Notes: generated by a model from the letters alone, not told the origin. A DNA stretch of 64,000 nt from an uncultured Gammaproteobacteria bacterium (GCA_942492025.1 CALODJ010000012.1:569272-633271), one strand, 5' to 3'. Shown: positions 19,826 through 32,168, counted from the first letter of the stretch. Made by a program: numbers and translations.

Positions 19826-20962
19826 TCATGTCTGGCGCACGAGCAACTGCACCAGTATCTCGTGATAGATCTTGGTAAGCTGCTCAAGCTCGTTTATATC
19901 AATATGTTCGTTGATTTTGTGAATACTGGCGTTCACCGGGCCCAGTTCCAGTACCTGCGCACCGGTTGGTGCAATAAATCGGCCATCTGAAGTGCCACCG
20001 CTGGTCGACAGCTCGGTCTCGAACTGACGGACGTTTTTGATCGCAGCTTTGGTGGCGTCAATCAGTCTGCCTGCTGCGGTGAGGAATGGATTGCCTGATA
20101 GCGCCCAAACCAGTTCATACGCGAGATCATGTGAATTCAGTATTTGTTCGATACGACGACGAATCTTTTCCTGGGTGATTTCAGTCGAGAAACGCAGGTT
20201 GAATAACACCTCAAGCGTGGCCGGAATGACGTTGTTTGCGCCGGTGCCTGCATTGATGTTGGAAATCTGAAAGCTTGTGGGTGGGAAAAAGTCATTACCC
20301 TGGTCCCATTGTTCGTTGACCAGCTCATGCAGAGCGGGGGCGAAACGATGTATCGGATTATCAGCCAGTTGGGGGTAGGCAATGTGGCCCTGCGTTCCAA
20401 TGATCGTCAGGGTGCCGGATAGAGAGCCGCGGCGGCCATTCTTTACAATGTCACCAACGGTATTCGTGCTGCTGGGCTCACCCACCAGGCACCAGTCAAT
20501 GTGTTCATCGCGCTGTTGCAGCAAATCCACAACTTTTACTGTGCCGTCTGTTGCAGGACCTTCCTCATCACTGGTGATAAGAAATCCGATGGAACCCTGA
20601 TGTTGGGGATATCTGTCGATGAAGGACTCACACGCGCAGATCATTGCAGCGATGCTGCTTTTCATATCGGTCGCGCCACGACCATACAGCGTGTTATCGA
20701 TTATGCTAGGTGTAAACGGGTCACACAGCCACTGATCAACCGGTCCCGGTGGCACGACATCGGTATGTCCGGCAAATACGAATAAGGGCGGATTCGTGCC
20801 ACGTCGTGCCCATAAATTATCCACCGCATTGAAGCGGTGATGTTCAGTGCTGAAACCCAAAGGCTGGAGGCGCTCGGCGAGTATTTTCTGACAGCCCTGA
20901 TCATCGGGTGTGACTGATGCTCTGGCGATCAGCTGTTGGGCAAGTTCAAGTGTCGCTGCCAT
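19826..20962 (-). CDS. dapE: Succinyl-diaminopimelate desuccinylase
   Basis: 378 aa M20 peptidase with the HTDVVP and GATDMK motifs, adjacent to glnD as in many gammaproteobacteria. Confidence 0.9.
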   Translation of the reverse strand: MAATLELAQQLIARASVTPDDQGCQKILAERLQPLGFSTEHHRFNAVDNLWARRGTNPPLFVFAGHTDVVPPGPVDQWLCDPFTPSIIDNTLYGRGATDMKSSIAAMICACESFIDRYPQHQGSIGFLITSDEEGPATDGTVKVVDLLQQRDEHIDWCLVGEPSSTNTVGDIVKNGRRGSLSGTLTIIGTQGHIAYPQLADNPIHRFAPALHELVNEQWDQGNDFFPPTSFQISNINAGTGANNVIPATLEVLFNLRFSTEITQEKIRRRIEQILNSHDLAYELVWALSGNPFLTAAGRLIDATKAAIKNVRQFETELSTSGGTSDGRFIAPTGAQVLELGPVNASIHKINEHIDINELEQLTKIYHEILVQLLVRQT

Positions 20963-23695
20963 TTAAAGGCGTTCCAGTAACGCCCGTTTCAGTTGCTGCT
21001 TTGTATCTTTACTCAAGCGCTTGAGCGTATCGGCTTGAGTGATATCGAAATAATCATTTGCGGTTTCACCGGCAGTGGAGATTTTGGCGTTGTGAATACT
21101 GATATTGCATTCAATAAATGTTCTCGCGATGATCGAAAGCAGGCCACGCCGGTCCGTGGTTTCAATGTGCATTCGGGTGATACCATTGTCTTCGATGCTT
21201 GCGAAGCTGATCTTCGTTTCGACTTCGAAATGTTTTTGCGCTCGCGGTACAGCCAGTGTGGCCAGATCACTGAGTTCGGTGTCTGCGAGTTTATCCATGA
21301 CCAGTGGGACCACCTCCTTGGCGTAGTCATTCATGTGCTCGAGCAGGTCATCAGAAAAAATAATCTCGTATGTCTCCAGCAGGCAGCCTTTCATGCCTCT
21401 CATGATGAACGCATCGGCAACGCTCAGATTGAGCTGGCCAAGCACACTGACTATTCGGGCAAACATGTGGGAAACCGATCGACTGAACACGAACAGTTCC
21501 ATACTTCCAGTGCGTGCGTCGGTTCTTGTTTTCACTAACGGCACGTTTTTGTTGGCGTGTTTTTTTATTTCCTTGGTGTGCCAGACAATTTCTGCAGGTG
21601 TGTGTCTGAGAAAATATTCGTCGGTGAAATTGTCCCAGATGGCATCGATTTCAAGAATGCCGAAGCCTTCCTTGGACAGATTTCTGAAAGCGTACGTACG
21701 GTTGTGTTCGATTTCGCTCTGTCTGGTGGCTTGAAAACCAAAGCCCTGTTGCAGTAGATTTGCAGCTCTGTTGTACAGCTCGATCAGGAGCTTGTCTTTC
21801 CAGCTGCTCCAGTGTTTTGGATTGGTTGCGCGTATATCGCACATTGTCAGCAGGTAGAGATAATCCAGTTTCCTCATGGTATTCACTTTTTCGGTGAATT
21901 CAGCGATGATCTCCGGGTCACTGATATCCTTTCGTTGTGCAGTGATTGACATAAAGAGGTGGTTGCGCACCAGCCAGCTCACAAGCCTGGCGTCCTTCTG
22001 ACTCAAGCCGTGGCTTAAACAGAATTCAAGTGCGTCTTCTGCGCCCAGTTCAGAGTGATCACCGTCGCGGCCTTTTGCGATATCGTGAAACAGGCCAGCC
22101 AGGTAGAGTAGTTCAGGTTTTTTAATGTGGTGGGAAATGCCGCTCGCCAATGGAAACTCATGACAGAATTCGGGTACAAATAACCGGCGCAGGTTGCGCA
22201 CTACGAAAAGCGTGTGCTGGTCTACGGTGTAGGCATGAAACAGGTCATATTGCATTCGACCGACAATGCGGGCAAAGGCTGGAATGTAGGCCGCAAGTAG
22301 GCCATATCGGTTCATGCGTCTGAATTCATGGGTGATGCCGCGGCTTTGGCGGATAATTTGAATGAACAGACGCTTGGCTTCATCCGACTCGCGGAATTTT
22401 TCATCGATCAGATGTCTGTTCTTTCTTATCAAGCGGATGGTTTCCGCGCGTACCCCCTGGATTTCAGGGTGTTGCTCATTGATCAGAAACAGCTCCAGCA
22501 AAGTGGAGGGTTTGTTGCTGAAGACATTCTCATGCGTGACTTCGATATAACCGTGTATCGTCTGGAATGACTCATTGATAACAACGGTTTCGCCGGGCTT
22601 GTCTTTATACAAAATGGCTTCACGAAACAGTTGCAGCAGCATCTCGTTCAGGCGTTCGAGCTCCATCACAGTGCGGTAGTACTGTTGCATGAATTGCTCG
22701 ATAGCTCTGTTGCTCCGCTTTTCACCGTTATCCTCGAAACCGAATTCCAGAGCGAGCTGATGCTGATAATCAAACAACAGCCGGTCTTCACGGCGTCCTG
22801 TCAGGTAGTGCAGGCTGCAGCGAATTTGCCAGAGCAAGTGCTGGCCTTTGAGCAATGTTTTCAGCTCTTCCTTGCGCAAGAATTCATGATCAACCAGATC
22901 ATGCAGGCTTGACGCGCCGAAGTGGCGTTTTGCCACCCAGCCGATCATCTGGATATCTCTGAGTCCGCCGTGGCCTTCCTTGATATTTGGCTCGAGGTTG
23001 TAGGCTGTGTCGTTGTATTTGCCGTTACGCTGGACCTGCTCCTGCAGTTTCGCCTGGAAAAAAGACTGGTCATCCCACATATTGTCCGGCCCGGTCAATA
23101 TATCCATTTTCTCGAACAACGACCTGTCACCGCATAACAGGCGCGATTCCATGATATTGGTCGCAATGGTAATATCATTCGCTGCTTCATCGACGCATTC
23201 TTCCAGGGTGCGTACGCTGTGACCGATTTCCAGGCCGCCATCCCAGAGCAACATGATGAATTTTTCGATCGCATCCTGTGTCTGCGCGTCTTCTTCATTC
23301 TCCAGCAGCAGCATCAGGTCGATGTCAGATGCCGGGTGAAGCTCGCCACGTCCATAACCGCCGACAGCGATGAGTGCAACAGGTTGTTCTACCTCGGAAA
23401 AAAAAAGCGGGTATAGCGTTGTCAGCAGACGGTCCATCAGTGAAGCGCGGCCGAACACGATATCTTCGACCGGTGCACCGTTCAGATAAAGCTTCTTCAA
23501 TCCTTGATTGATGCGGGATACTTCATCCTTGAGCACTGACATGGTATCACCGGCACCTGCCTGTATGCTATCAATCAGCTTATTTTCGTCAAACAGGCTG
23601 CTAACGTCGTTAAAAATGGTTTTATTTATTGCATGCATATCAGATTTCATCACCGGGGCATTGTGTAAGTACTTCATAACCGTTATCCGTAACAA
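20963..23695 (-). CDS. glnD: Bifunctional uridylyltransferase / uridylyl-removing enzyme
   Basis: 910 aa with a nucleotidyltransferase domain (GGYGRGELHPASDIDL), an HD domain and two C-terminal ACT domains. The exact start is uncertain. Confidence 0.9.
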   Translation of the reverse strand: MLRITVMKYLHNAPVMKSDMHAINKTIFNDVSSLFDENKLIDSIQAGAGDTMSVLKDEVSRINQGLKKLYLNGAPVEDIVFGRASLMDRLLTTLYPLFFSEVEQPVALIAVGGYGRGELHPASDIDLMLLLENEEDAQTQDAIEKFIMLLWDGGLEIGHSVRTLEECVDEAANDITIATNIMESRLLCGDRSLFEKMDILTGPDNMWDDQSFFQAKLQEQVQRNGKYNDTAYNLEPNIKEGHGGLRDIQMIGWVAKRHFGASSLHDLVDHEFLRKEELKTLLKGQHLLWQIRCSLHYLTGRREDRLLFDYQHQLALEFGFEDNGEKRSNRAIEQFMQQYYRTVMELERLNEMLLQLFREAILYKDKPGETVVINESFQTIHGYIEVTHENVFSNKPSTLLELFLINEQHPEIQGVRAETIRLIRKNRHLIDEKFRESDEAKRLFIQIIRQSRGITHEFRRMNRYGLLAAYIPAFARIVGRMQYDLFHAYTVDQHTLFVVRNLRRLFVPEFCHEFPLASGISHHIKKPELLYLAGLFHDIAKGRDGDHSELGAEDALEFCLSHGLSQKDARLVSWLVRNHLFMSITAQRKDISDPEIIAEFTEKVNTMRKLDYLYLLTMCDIRATNPKHWSSWKDKLLIELYNRAANLLQQGFGFQATRQSEIEHNRTYAFRNLSKEGFGILEIDAIWDNFTDEYFLRHTPAEIVWHTKEIKKHANKNVPLVKTRTDARTGSMELFVFSRSVSHMFARIVSVLGQLNLSVADAFIMRGMKGCLLETYEIIFSDDLLEHMNDYAKEVVPLVMDKLADTELSDLATLAVPRAQKHFEVETKISFASIEDNGITRMHIETTDRRGLLSIIARTFIECNISIHNAKISTAGETANDYFDITQADTLKRLSKDTKQQLKRALLERL

Positions 23696-24407
23696 GGATC
23701 GTGTGTTCCCATTGTGCGGACGGACTGTGGTCTTTGGTCACAACCGTCCAGTTATCATTGAGCAGTTTGACGTGGCGTCTGCCAGCGTTGATCATAGGCT
23801 CAATGGTAAAAGTCATGCCGGCTTCCAGCTTCAGGCCATTACCGGGCTTGCCATAGTGGAGCACCTGCGGTTCCTCGTGGAAGCCACGGCCGATGCCATG
23901 GCCGCAATATTCGCGGACAACTGAACAATGCTGTGACTCTGCGTGTTGCTGTATAGCATAGCCTATATCGCCGAGATGAGTGCCTGGTTTTACCTGTTCG
24001 ATGCCAGTCACCATACACTCGTGGGCAATTCGGCAGACACGGGCTGCCATGATGCTGGGATTCCCGATCATGAACATTTTGCTGGTGTCACCATGAAACT
24101 CATCCTTGATCACGGTGATATCAATATTGAGGATATCCCCGTTTTTTAACACTTTGTCGCCTGGAATGCCATGGCAGACCTGATGGTTCACGGAGGTACA
24201 GATCGATTTCGGAAATCCATGATAGTTTAATGGCGCCGGAATCGCTTTTTGAGTGTGCACGATGTAATCATGGCATATTTTGTCCAGCTCTCCGGTGCTA
24301 ATGCCTGCTTCAACATAGGGGCGAATCATTTGCAGCACCTCGCCGGCGAGGCGGCCTGCTATGCGCATTTTTTCAATTTCTTCTGTTGTTTTTATATTGA
24401 CTGGCAT
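23640..24407 (-). CDS. map: Type I methionine aminopeptidase
   Basis: 255 aa with metal ligands in conserved context (the FHGD...HGIG...E pattern). It is divergent from rpsB as in E. coli. Confidence 0.9.
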   Translation of the reverse strand: MPVNIKTTEEIEKMRIAGRLAGEVLQMIRPYVEAGISTGELDKICHDYIVHTQKAIPAPLNYHGFPKSICTSVNHQVCHGIPGDKVLKNGDILNIDITVIKDEFHGDTSKMFMIGNPSIMAARVCRIAHECMVTGIEQVKPGTHLGDIGYAIQQHAESQHCSVVREYCGHGIGRGFHEEPQVLHYGKPGNGLKLEAGMTFTIEPMINAGRRHVKLLNDNWTVVTKDHSPSAQWEHTILVTDNGYEVLTQCPGDEI

Positions 24408-24682
24408 CGTTCAAATATCCTTGTAAATCAATGTATAGCATTATATATTTCGATATGATCTAATGTAAATTTTCGTTGTTTCCTGGCGCCCATTATGGTA
24501 TAAAGCCGCCGCGTTTAACGCAATTCGACCGATAGGCCTCTATTCGAGCGCTGAGATGGCACAGAATGGACCACTATATCGGAATTTAATTCGCACATAT
24601 ACCGACACATGCAATCGGGTGCCGACTTTAAAACGGTCATTGCATGGGGTATGTGGAGGCTTAACCCCTTTAGGAGATCACA

Positions 24683-25621
24683 ATGTCAAGCGTATCTATG
24701 CGTCTGATGCTTGAAGCAGGCGTTCACTTTGGTCATCAGACCCGTTTCTGGAATCCAAAAATGGCAGATTACATTTTTGGTGCCCGTAACAAAATCCACA
24801 TCGTAAACCTTGAGAAAACACTGCCGCTCTATAACGATGCAGTGAACGCTATCGGCAAAATTGCAGCCAAGCGCGGTACCATCCTGTTTGTCGGAACAAA
24901 ACGCGCAGCACGCAACACGGTACAGGAAGAAGCCGTGCGTTGTGGTATGCCCTATGTCAATCACCGCTGGCTGGGTGGCATGCTGACGAACTATAAAACT
25001 ATTCGACAGTCCATACAGCGACTGATGGATCTGGAGGAAATGTCCACGACAGGCGGTTTAGCGCGCTTGACAAAGAAAGAGGCGCTTGGCTTGCGACGTG
25101 AAATGGAGAAACTGGAAAGGGTACTTGGTGGTATCAAGGACATGAAAGGGCTGCCTGATGCGTTGTTCATCATCGATGTTGGCCATGAAGAAATCGCGGT
25201 CAGTGAGGCCAACAAGCTGGGTATCCCCGTATTTGGCATTGTAGATACCAACAATTCACCCGATGGCATCGACTATGTGGTTCCTGGTAACGATGATGCT
25301 ATTAAGGCCATTCGGCTGTATTCACAGGGCCTGGCGGATGCCATCATCGAGGGACGAGCCGCTGCTGTGATCCATGCGGAAGAGGCTGAAGAACCGGCGC
25401 CAAAGAAAAAGGTACCTGTCAAAAAAGCACCCGCCAAGAAAGCGGAGAATACCGAACAAGCTGCATCCACAGCGGAAGAACCACCCGTTGTTGAATCAGA
25501 AGCGAAATCCGCTGCTGAGGCTGAAGTCGATGCGGGTGCAACTGAAGGTACAGCAGCTGTCGATGAGGTCGCCGAGAAGAAAGTCGCCAAGAAAAAAGCT
25601 GCCGAAAATACAACTGATTGA
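24683..25621 (+). CDS. rpsB: 30S ribosomal protein S2 with an Ala/Lys/Glu-rich C-terminal extension of about 70 aa
   Basis: The N-terminal about 240 aa is canonical S2 ([19 protein letters not shown]). The extra low-complexity tail is [22 protein letters not shown].... Confidence 0.9.
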   Translation: MSSVSMRLMLEAGVHFGHQTRFWNPKMADYIFGARNKIHIVNLEKTLPLYNDAVNAIGKIAAKRGTILFVGTKRAARNTVQEEAVRCGMPYVNHRWLGGMLTNYKTIRQSIQRLMDLEEMSTTGGLARLTKKEALGLRREMEKLERVLGGIKDMKGLPDALFIIDVGHEEIAVSEANKLGIPVFGIVDTNNSPDGIDYVVPGNDDAIKAIRLYSQGLADAIIEGRAAAVIHAEEAEEPAPKKKVPVKKAPAKKAENTEQAASTAEEPPVVESEAKSAAEAEVDAGATEGTAAVDEVAEKKVAKKKAAENTTD

Positions 25622-25690
25622 ATAGTGCAGGCAAGCCTGTAACCAAGCACACATTAAGATCCAAACGAACAGAATTTCAGAGGTATATTT

Positions 25691-26572
25691 ATGCAGATTA
25701 CAGCTGCGATGGTAAAAGAACTGCGTGAGCGTACAGGCTCAGGTATGATGGAATGCAAGAAAGCCCTGCAGGAAGCTGATGGCGACATCGATACCGCTAT
25801 TGAGAACATGCGAAAATCCGGCCTTGCAAAAGCCGATAAAAAGGCTGGACGTGTTGCCGCGGAAGGCCGCGTGGCAGTCAGGATCAGTGAGGATGGAAAA
25901 ACCGCTGTTATCATCGAAGTCAATTGCGAGACTGATTTCGTCTCTGGCGGCGATGATTTCATCAGCTTTGTAAATGATATCTCTGCTTCAGCCCTGGCTA
26001 ACAAACCTGCTTCGGTTGATGCGCTGGTTGAGCTTCCAATCGACGGTTCACAGTCTATTGAAGATGCGCGTAAGGCCATGATCTCCAAGATCGGCGAGAA
26101 TGTACAGATACGCCGTTTTGAAATGATGAATTCAGAAGAAGGCACATTTGGCAGCTATCTACACGGTTCGCGTATTGGTGTTCTGCTGGAAATGGTCAAT
26201 GCTAACGAAGAGCTGATCAAGGATGTCGCTATGCATATCGCCGCGAGTAAGCCAACCTGTGTTACTGAAGACCAGGTGCCGGCAGAAACATTGGCAAAAG
26301 AACGCGAAATCCTGATTGCGCAGGCAAAAGACAGTGGCAAACCGGATAACATTATTGAAAAAATGGTCGATGGCCGTGTGCGAAAATATCTCGCTGAGAT
26401 TACACTGCTAGGTCAGCCCTTTGTCAAAGATCCGGACAAGACTGTGGGTGCCCTGCTCAAGGACGAAGGTGCAACGGTAACCGGTTTTGTTCGTTATGAA
26501 GTTGGCGAAGGTATCGAAAAGAAACAGGAAAACTTTGCTGATGAAGTAATGGCTCAAGTTAACGCAAGCTAA
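25691..26572 (+). CDS. tsf: Elongation factor Ts
   Basis: 293 aa with the N-terminal [27 protein letters not shown]-like motif. Confidence 0.92.
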   Translation: MQITAAMVKELRERTGSGMMECKKALQEADGDIDTAIENMRKSGLAKADKKAGRVAAEGRVAVRISEDGKTAVIIEVNCETDFVSGGDDFISFVNDISASALANKPASVDALVELPIDGSQSIEDARKAMISKIGENVQIRRFEMMNSEEGTFGSYLHGSRIGVLLEMVNANEELIKDVAMHIAASKPTCVTEDQVPAETLAKEREILIAQAKDSGKPDNIIEKMVDGRVRKYLAEITLLGQPFVKDPDKTVGALLKDEGATVTGFVRYEVGEGIEKKQENFADEVMAQVNAS

Positions 26573-26599
26573 ATACAGCATGCTCAGCCATTAAAAATA

Positions 26600-26630
26600 A
26601 AAACCGGGAATCTTTTTTCCCGGTTTTTTA
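26600..26630 (+). terminator. Rho-independent terminator after tsf
   Basis: AACCGGG aatcttttttc CCGGTT followed by TTTTAT. Confidence 0.6.
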
Positions 26631-26650
26631 TGGTTGGAATAATAAAAATA

Positions 26651-27385
26651 ATGACAACGACGAAACCATCTTACAAGCGGGTATTGCTCAAGCTCAGCGG
26701 CGAAGCGCTAATGGGTGATATGGATTTTGGCATCGAGCCGGGTATGATGGCGCGTGTGGCCAAAGAAGTCGCACAAGTGTCCGATATGGGAATCGAGGTT
26801 GCGCTGGTCGTTGGCGGCGGCAACATATTCAGGGGCCAGGGGCTTGCACAGTCAGGCATTGATCGTGTAACCGGCGATCATATGGGAATGCTGGCTACGG
26901 TAATGAACTCACTGGCGATGCAGGACGCACTTGAAAAAATTGGTCATCCATGCCGGGTTCTGTCTGCGATACGGATCAATCGTGTTTGCGAAGAATATGT
27001 TCGTCGGCGCGCTATTCGGCATCTTGAAAAAGGTAGAATCGTAATATTTGCCGCTGGTACGGGCAATCCATTTTTTACTACCGATACGGCGGGCTGTTTA
27101 CGAGCCATTGAAATCGAGGCCGATGTCATCATGAAGGCAACCAAGGTCAACGGGGTCTTCGATTCGGATCCGGAAAAAAATCCGGATGCGAAACGCTACC
27201 AGACAGTAACATTTACTCAAGCAATTGAAAAAAATCTTGGCGTTATGGATATGACAGCTTTAGTTATGTGTCGTGATAATAATTTACCACTACGTGTGTT
27301 TAATCTTAATCAAGAAGGCGCATTACCTGCCGCAATGAAAGACTACAGTATTGGCACAACTGTTGTTCTGGAGGAAACAGCATGA
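26651..27385 (+). CDS. pyrH: UMP kinase
   Basis: It has the [12 protein letters not shown] amino-acid-kinase fold. The start was placed after the terminator T-tract; the tracked ORF begins inside the terminator. Confidence 0.9.
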   Translation: MTTTKPSYKRVLLKLSGEALMGDMDFGIEPGMMARVAKEVAQVSDMGIEVALVVGGGNIFRGQGLAQSGIDRVTGDHMGMLATVMNSLAMQDALEKIGHPCRVLSAIRINRVCEEYVRRRAIRHLEKGRIVIFAAGTGNPFFTTDTAGCLRAIEIEADVIMKATKVNGVFDSDPEKNPDAKRYQTVTFTQAIEKNLGVMDMTALVMCRDNNLPLRVFNLNQEGALPAAMKDYSIGTTVVLEETA

Positions 27386-27939
27386 TTGACGAGATTATTG
27401 GCGATGCAGAAGTTCGTATGAGCAAGAGCGTTGATTCACTGCATACCGAGTTCGCAAAAATAAGAACAGGCCGGGCGCATCCAAGTCTACTTGATCAGAT
27501 ACATATTGACTACTATGGCGCCAATACACCTATTAAACAGGTGGCGAACGTGTCAGTTGAAGATTCCCGGACGCTGGTTGTCACGCCCTGGGAGAAGGAC
27601 ATGGTCACGAAAGTCGAAAAAGCCATCATGGGTTCTGATCTGGGACTCAATCCCGCAACAGCAGGCACTGTGATCCGCATACCGATGCCGCCATTGACAG
27701 AGGAACGCCGCAAGGATCTGGTCAAGGTTGTCAGACAAGAAGCGGAGCATGCGCGTGTTGCTATTAGAAACATACGTCGTGATGCAAACGGTGACTTCAA
27801 GGATTTGTTAAAAGAGAAAGAGATTTCCGAAGATGAAGAGCGAAAAGCTGAGGAGCGTATTCAGAAATTGACAGATAGCTTTGTCGGCAAGATTGACAAG
27901 GTCTTGGCTGACAAGGAAGCTGAATTAATGGAAGTGTAG
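27382..27939 (+). CDS. frr: Ribosome recycling factor
   Basis: 185 aa. The start overlaps the pyrH stop by 4 bp (ATGA), and the RRF helical bundle motifs are present. Confidence 0.92.
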   Translation: MIDEIIGDAEVRMSKSVDSLHTEFAKIRTGRAHPSLLDQIHIDYYGANTPIKQVANVSVEDSRTLVVTPWEKDMVTKVEKAIMGSDLGLNPATAGTVIRIPMPPLTEERRKDLVKVVRQEAEHARVAIRNIRRDANGDFKDLLKEKEISEDEERKAEERIQKLTDSFVGKIDKVLADKEAELMEV

Positions 27940-28011
27940 GCGGGCAAATATTTAGTTTCGGACAATCGATTCCGGAAATACGATCTCGTTCGTGACCAGG
28001 CACCGTACTTC

Positions 28012-28770
28012 ATGGCTACAGCAAAACATGATAACAAACCATCGCTTCCACAGCATGTTGCTGTTGTGATGGACGGCAACGGCCGCTGGGCAAAAAATCG
28101 TTTTCTACCTCGAACGACTGGCCATAAGGCCGGTGTCGATGCGACTCGTCGTCTGGTTCGATCATGTGTAGAGAAAGGTATAGGCTGTTTGACGCTGTTC
28201 GCCTTCAGTAGCGAGAACTGGAATCGGCCTGACCACGAAGTCAGCAGCCTGATGGCTTTGTTTTTGGCAACCCTCAACTCTGAGTTGAACAAGCTTCACC
28301 AGCAAGGTGTGCGTATCCGTTTCATTGGAGACCGCAGCCGGTTTTCCGCCAGCTTGCAGAACAGTATCACCGCTGCAGAGAAGAAAACCGAAGCAAATAC
28401 ACGGCTGAATCTGAACGTCGCTGCAAACTATGGCGGCCGTTGGGATATTGCCAATGCTGTACGCAATATCTCGCAGAAATTGCTCAAGGGCGATATCGAG
28501 GCACAGGAGATAACAGAGCAAACTATTAGCCGGGAAATCAGTCTTTCAGATCTGCCTGAGCCTGATCTGTTGATTCGCACCGGTGGCGAGCAAAGGATCA
28601 GCAACTTCTTGTTGTGGCAAATCGCCTACACCGAGCTGTATTTCACTGACACGCTTTGGCCCGAGTTTAATGATGCTGCATTTGATGAAGCGCTCAACTG
28701 GTATGCCACGCGGCAGCGACGCTTTGGTAAGACTGGCGAGCAGGTTGAGTGCGGTCAGGGAATGCGTTAG
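28012..28770 (+). CDS. uppS: Ditrans,polycis-undecaprenyl-diphosphate synthase
   Basis: It has the HVAVVMDGNGRWA cis-prenyltransferase motif and a C-terminal RF(G) motif. Confidence 0.92.
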   Translation: MATAKHDNKPSLPQHVAVVMDGNGRWAKNRFLPRTTGHKAGVDATRRLVRSCVEKGIGCLTLFAFSSENWNRPDHEVSSLMALFLATLNSELNKLHQQGVRIRFIGDRSRFSASLQNSITAAEKKTEANTRLNLNVAANYGGRWDIANAVRNISQKLLKGDIEAQEITEQTISREISLSDLPEPDLLIRTGGEQRISNFLLWQIAYTELYFTDTLWPEFNDAAFDEALNWYATRQRRFGKTGEQVECGQGMR

Positions 28771-28772
28771 CT

Positions 28773-29594
28773 ATGCTGCTGCAACGCATAGTCACAGCAA
28801 TTCCACTGGCGATCGGTGTTATCTGGATCATTCTGTTCCAGTCGAGTCAGGTTTTTTTCTGGCTAACCATGGTAATCACTGCTCTGGCAGCCTATGAATG
28901 GGCAAAATTGGCGGGGCTGAAATACGTCGGGCAACTCATCTATGTCATCTTGCTGTGTGTAATTCTCTGGGTGACTGTAAATTATGCCAGCCAGCTGACG
29001 CAATATTTTGTTTATGCTGGCGTTGCCTGGTGGTTTATTGTTAGCCTGTATCTGTTAAAAAAACAACCAAAGCCAGTCAGCAAGGAAGTCTCTTTGCAGA
29101 AACTGGTAGCAGGTAGTCTGGTCATTCCATCAGCTGTATTTGCGATGAATGCCGTGCACGTCCAGCACAATGGCCCTGAATGGCTGCTTTATGGCTTGAT
29201 GTTGGTGTGGGTGGCAGATATTGGTGCCTATTTCAGCGGTAAGCATTTCGGTAAGAACAAGCTGGCACCGGCTATCAGTCCGGGTAAAACTCGCGAGGGT
29301 TTATATGGCGCTATTGTGGCGGTATGTTGCTACAGTGCAGCAGCCGCCTATTACTTTGAACTTGATATGGCCGCTGCCGTGTGGCTGCTTTTGCTGGCTA
29401 TTGTGCTGACGCTGGTTTCCGTTGCCGGCGATCTATACGAGAGTGTACTAAAGCGTGAATTTGGCGTGAAAGACAGCGGAGTTATACTGCCTGGCCATGG
29501 CGGCATTCTCGACAGGATTGACAGCGTGCTGGCGGCTATGCCCCTATTCATGGTCGGGCGCGAGCTGTTGCTGCAACCGGTATTCAACCCATGA
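28773..29594 (+). CDS. cdsA: Phosphatidate cytidylyltransferase
   Basis: Polytopic membrane protein with the CTP-transferase signature region (SxxKRxxGxKDxGxxxPGHGGxLDRxD). The start was chosen directly after the uppS stop. Confidence 0.85.
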   Translation: MLLQRIVTAIPLAIGVIWIILFQSSQVFFWLTMVITALAAYEWAKLAGLKYVGQLIYVILLCVILWVTVNYASQLTQYFVYAGVAWWFIVSLYLLKKQPKPVSKEVSLQKLVAGSLVIPSAVFAMNAVHVQHNGPEWLLYGLMLVWVADIGAYFSGKHFGKNKLAPAISPGKTREGLYGAIVAVCCYSAAAAYYFELDMAAAVWLLLLAIVLTLVSVAGDLYESVLKREFGVKDSGVILPGHGGILDRIDSVLAAMPLFMVGRELLLQPVFNP

Positions 29595-30790
29595 CTGCAT
29601 CCCGGGCTATTGCGATTCTGGGTTCCACCGGAACGATAGGGCAGAACACACTGGATGTAGTATCACGTCACCGTGATAGTTACCGCATTGTCGCATTGAC
29701 GGCAAACACTGATGTTGATGGGCTTGAAAAACAATGCCTGCTGTGGCAGCCTGAATATGCGGTTATGAGCAATCATAACAGTGCACAACAACTGGTTGAA
29801 AAACTCAAAAATAAGGGGCTGGCGACACAGGTGCTGGCCGGTGTAGAGGGCTTGCAAGAGGTTGCCAGCCTGCAACAGGTTGATACGGTCGTTGCCGGTA
29901 TCGTTGGTGCTGCCGGCCTGCTGCCAACCCTGGCGGCCGCGGAAGCCGGGAAGCGAATATTGCTCGCCAACAAGGAAGCGCTGGTGATGTCAGGGCCGTT
30001 GTTTATGGACGCAGTGCGCAATAGCGGTGCTGTGCTATTACCGGTCGACAGCGAGCATAATGCCATTTTCCAGTGCATGCCCCACACCGCTCAGGACCAG
30101 GCACCTCCAGAACAGTACGGTGTTGGCAAAATCCTGCTGACGGCCAGTGGAGGCCCCTTCAGAACGCTGCCATTGGAGCGATTCCATACCATCACACCCG
30201 AGCAGGCTGTGAGTCATCCGAATTGGGTGATGGGTCAGAAGATTTCCGTCGACTCGGCTACGATGATGAATAAAGGCCTGGAGGTGATCGAGGCGCACTG
30301 GTTATTCGGTGTCGCTCATGATCTGATTGAGGTCGTAATTCACCCTCAAAGCATCATTCACTCCATGGTCTCCTATACTGATGGTTCGACCCTTGCGCAA
30401 TTAGGCAATCCAGACATGCGCACGCCCATTGCGCATTGCCTGGCCTGGCCGGAACGTATCGATTCGGGGGTTGAACCTCTGGACATAATTGATGTCGCAA
30501 AACTGGAGTTTGAGAAACCTGATATGCAGCGCTTTCCCTGCCTGAAGCTATGTTACCAGGCAATACAGGCGGGCGGCTCCACGAGCATCGTTCTGAATGC
30601 CGCAAACGAAATTGCGGTTCAGGCATTTCTACAAAAAAAAATACGGTTTACAGCGATTGCAGAGATCATAGAAAGTGCTTTGAGCGAAACAACAACTACC
30701 GATGTCGACTCACTGGATGCGATACTGTCAGTGGATCAGTCAGCACGGGAAATAGCGCAGTTACACATTAACAACTCAGTAACATTTTAA
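29591..30790 (+). CDS. dxr: 1-deoxy-D-xylulose 5-phosphate reductoisomerase
   Basis: 399 aa with N-terminal ILGSTGSIG and an NKG-containing catalytic region. Confidence 0.92.
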   Translation: MTASRAIAILGSTGTIGQNTLDVVSRHRDSYRIVALTANTDVDGLEKQCLLWQPEYAVMSNHNSAQQLVEKLKNKGLATQVLAGVEGLQEVASLQQVDTVVAGIVGAAGLLPTLAAAEAGKRILLANKEALVMSGPLFMDAVRNSGAVLLPVDSEHNAIFQCMPHTAQDQAPPEQYGVGKILLTASGGPFRTLPLERFHTITPEQAVSHPNWVMGQKISVDSATMMNKGLEVIEAHWLFGVAHDLIEVVIHPQSIIHSMVSYTDGSTLAQLGNPDMRTPIAHCLAWPERIDSGVEPLDIIDVAKLEFEKPDMQRFPCLKLCYQAIQAGGSTSIVLNAANEIAVQAFLQKKIRFTAIAEIIESALSETTTTDVDSLDAILSVDQSAREIAQLHINNSVTF

Positions 30791-30793
30791 TCG

Positions 30794-32161
30794 ATGAGCA
30801 TTCTGCATAACCTTTTCTTTTTTATTGTCGCCATAGGTGTACTCGTCACTTTTCATGAGTTTGGCCACTATTGGGTAGCCCGCAAACTCGGAGTAAAGGT
30901 GCTGCGGTTTTCTGTCGGTTTTGGCAGACCATTAATCCACTGGCGCAGGAAAAACGATCCAGACAAGGTTGAGTATGCGATTGCAGCCATACCCCTGGGT
31001 GGTTATGTCAAAATGCTCGACGAGCGTGAGGGTAATGTCCCCGATGATGAGCTCGGCCGAGCTTTCAATCGACAACCTGTGCTGAATCGCGCCCTGATTG
31101 TATTCGCCGGGCCGGCATTCAACTTTATTCTGGCGATTCTGTTCTATTGGCTGGTGTTTGTCATAGGTACAACGGCGCAGCGTCCGTTGCTGGGTGTGCC
31201 GCAGCCCGATTCAATGGCTGACCAAGCCGGTTTTGCCAACCAGGATGAAATTCTGGCCGTAGGCGAGTCACCGGTCGAATCATGGAACACGTTCCGCATT
31301 TCCCTGATTGATCAGGGGCTGGATGGGGGCACACTGGACATCAAGGTGCGCGATGCGGGAGGTTTCGAGCAAACGCGTCTGCTGCAACTGGGAAAGACGC
31401 GTGTTCTCGAAGACGAGACAGATATCGTCACCAAACTTGGATTTGAAATGTGGCGCCCGGAATTGCCGCCGGAAATTGGCGGCGTAGTCGAGGAAAGTGC
31501 GGCCAGTCAGGCGGGCCTGCAGCAAGGCGATATCATACGTGCGATAAACGCTGAACCGGTTGATGAATGGGTTGAAATCGTCGAACGCGTACGCAGCAGT
31601 CCCGGCCAGGTATTGACCTTTACTATTGACAGAGGCGGCCAGCGTCAGGCGATCGACGTCATACCCGGCAGTAAAAAGCAGGCCAACGAAATAGTCGGTT
31701 ATATTGGTGCCTACCAGAATGTACCCGATGAAGTAAGGGACCAGATGCTGGTCGAAGTCAGGTACGGCATTTTCGAGTCGATCCCCAAAGCCGCTCTCAA
31801 GACCTTGGATATGTCGCTGCTTACGCTGCGCGTACTGTGGAAAATGCTGACAGGTGAAGCGTCGCTGAATAATATTTCAGGTCCGATAACGATTGCGCAA
31901 TATGCCGGCGTGACCGCAACCATTGGATTCAGCACCTTTATCGGATTTCTGGCGATTATTTCGGTCAGTTTGGGCGTACTCAATCTGTTGCCGATTCCGA
32001 TGCTCGATGGTGGCCATTTGCTCTATTACTTGATTGAAACAATCAAGGGCGGGCCCGTCTCTGAAACATTTGAAGCCAGGGGGCAGCAAATCGGTGTAAT
32101 GATACTCGCCCTGCTGATGATGATAGCCTTGTTCAATGATTTTCAGCGGTTGTTGCAATGA
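30794..32161 (+). CDS. rseP: RIP metalloprotease RseP (sigma-E protease)
   Basis: It has an HEFGH zinc motif in TM1, PDZ domains and the LDGG motif. Confidence 0.9.
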   Translation: MSILHNLFFFIVAIGVLVTFHEFGHYWVARKLGVKVLRFSVGFGRPLIHWRRKNDPDKVEYAIAAIPLGGYVKMLDEREGNVPDDELGRAFNRQPVLNRALIVFAGPAFNFILAILFYWLVFVIGTTAQRPLLGVPQPDSMADQAGFANQDEILAVGESPVESWNTFRISLIDQGLDGGTLDIKVRDAGGFEQTRLLQLGKTRVLEDETDIVTKLGFEMWRPELPPEIGGVVEESAASQAGLQQGDIIRAINAEPVDEWVEIVERVRSSPGQVLTFTIDRGGQRQAIDVIPGSKKQANEIVGYIGAYQNVPDEVRDQMLVEVRYGIFESIPKAALKTLDMSLLTLRVLWKMLTGEASLNNISGPITIAQYAGVTATIGFSTFIGFLAIISVSLGVLNLLPIPMLDGGHLLYYLIETIKGGPVSETFEARGQQIGVMILALLMMIALFNDFQRLLQ

Positions 32162-32168
32162 GGTGATA

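Noticed and set aside
20963-23695. Alternative shorter start for glnD
   Set aside because: Internal Met candidates cannot be discriminated from sequence alone, so the longest ORF is kept.
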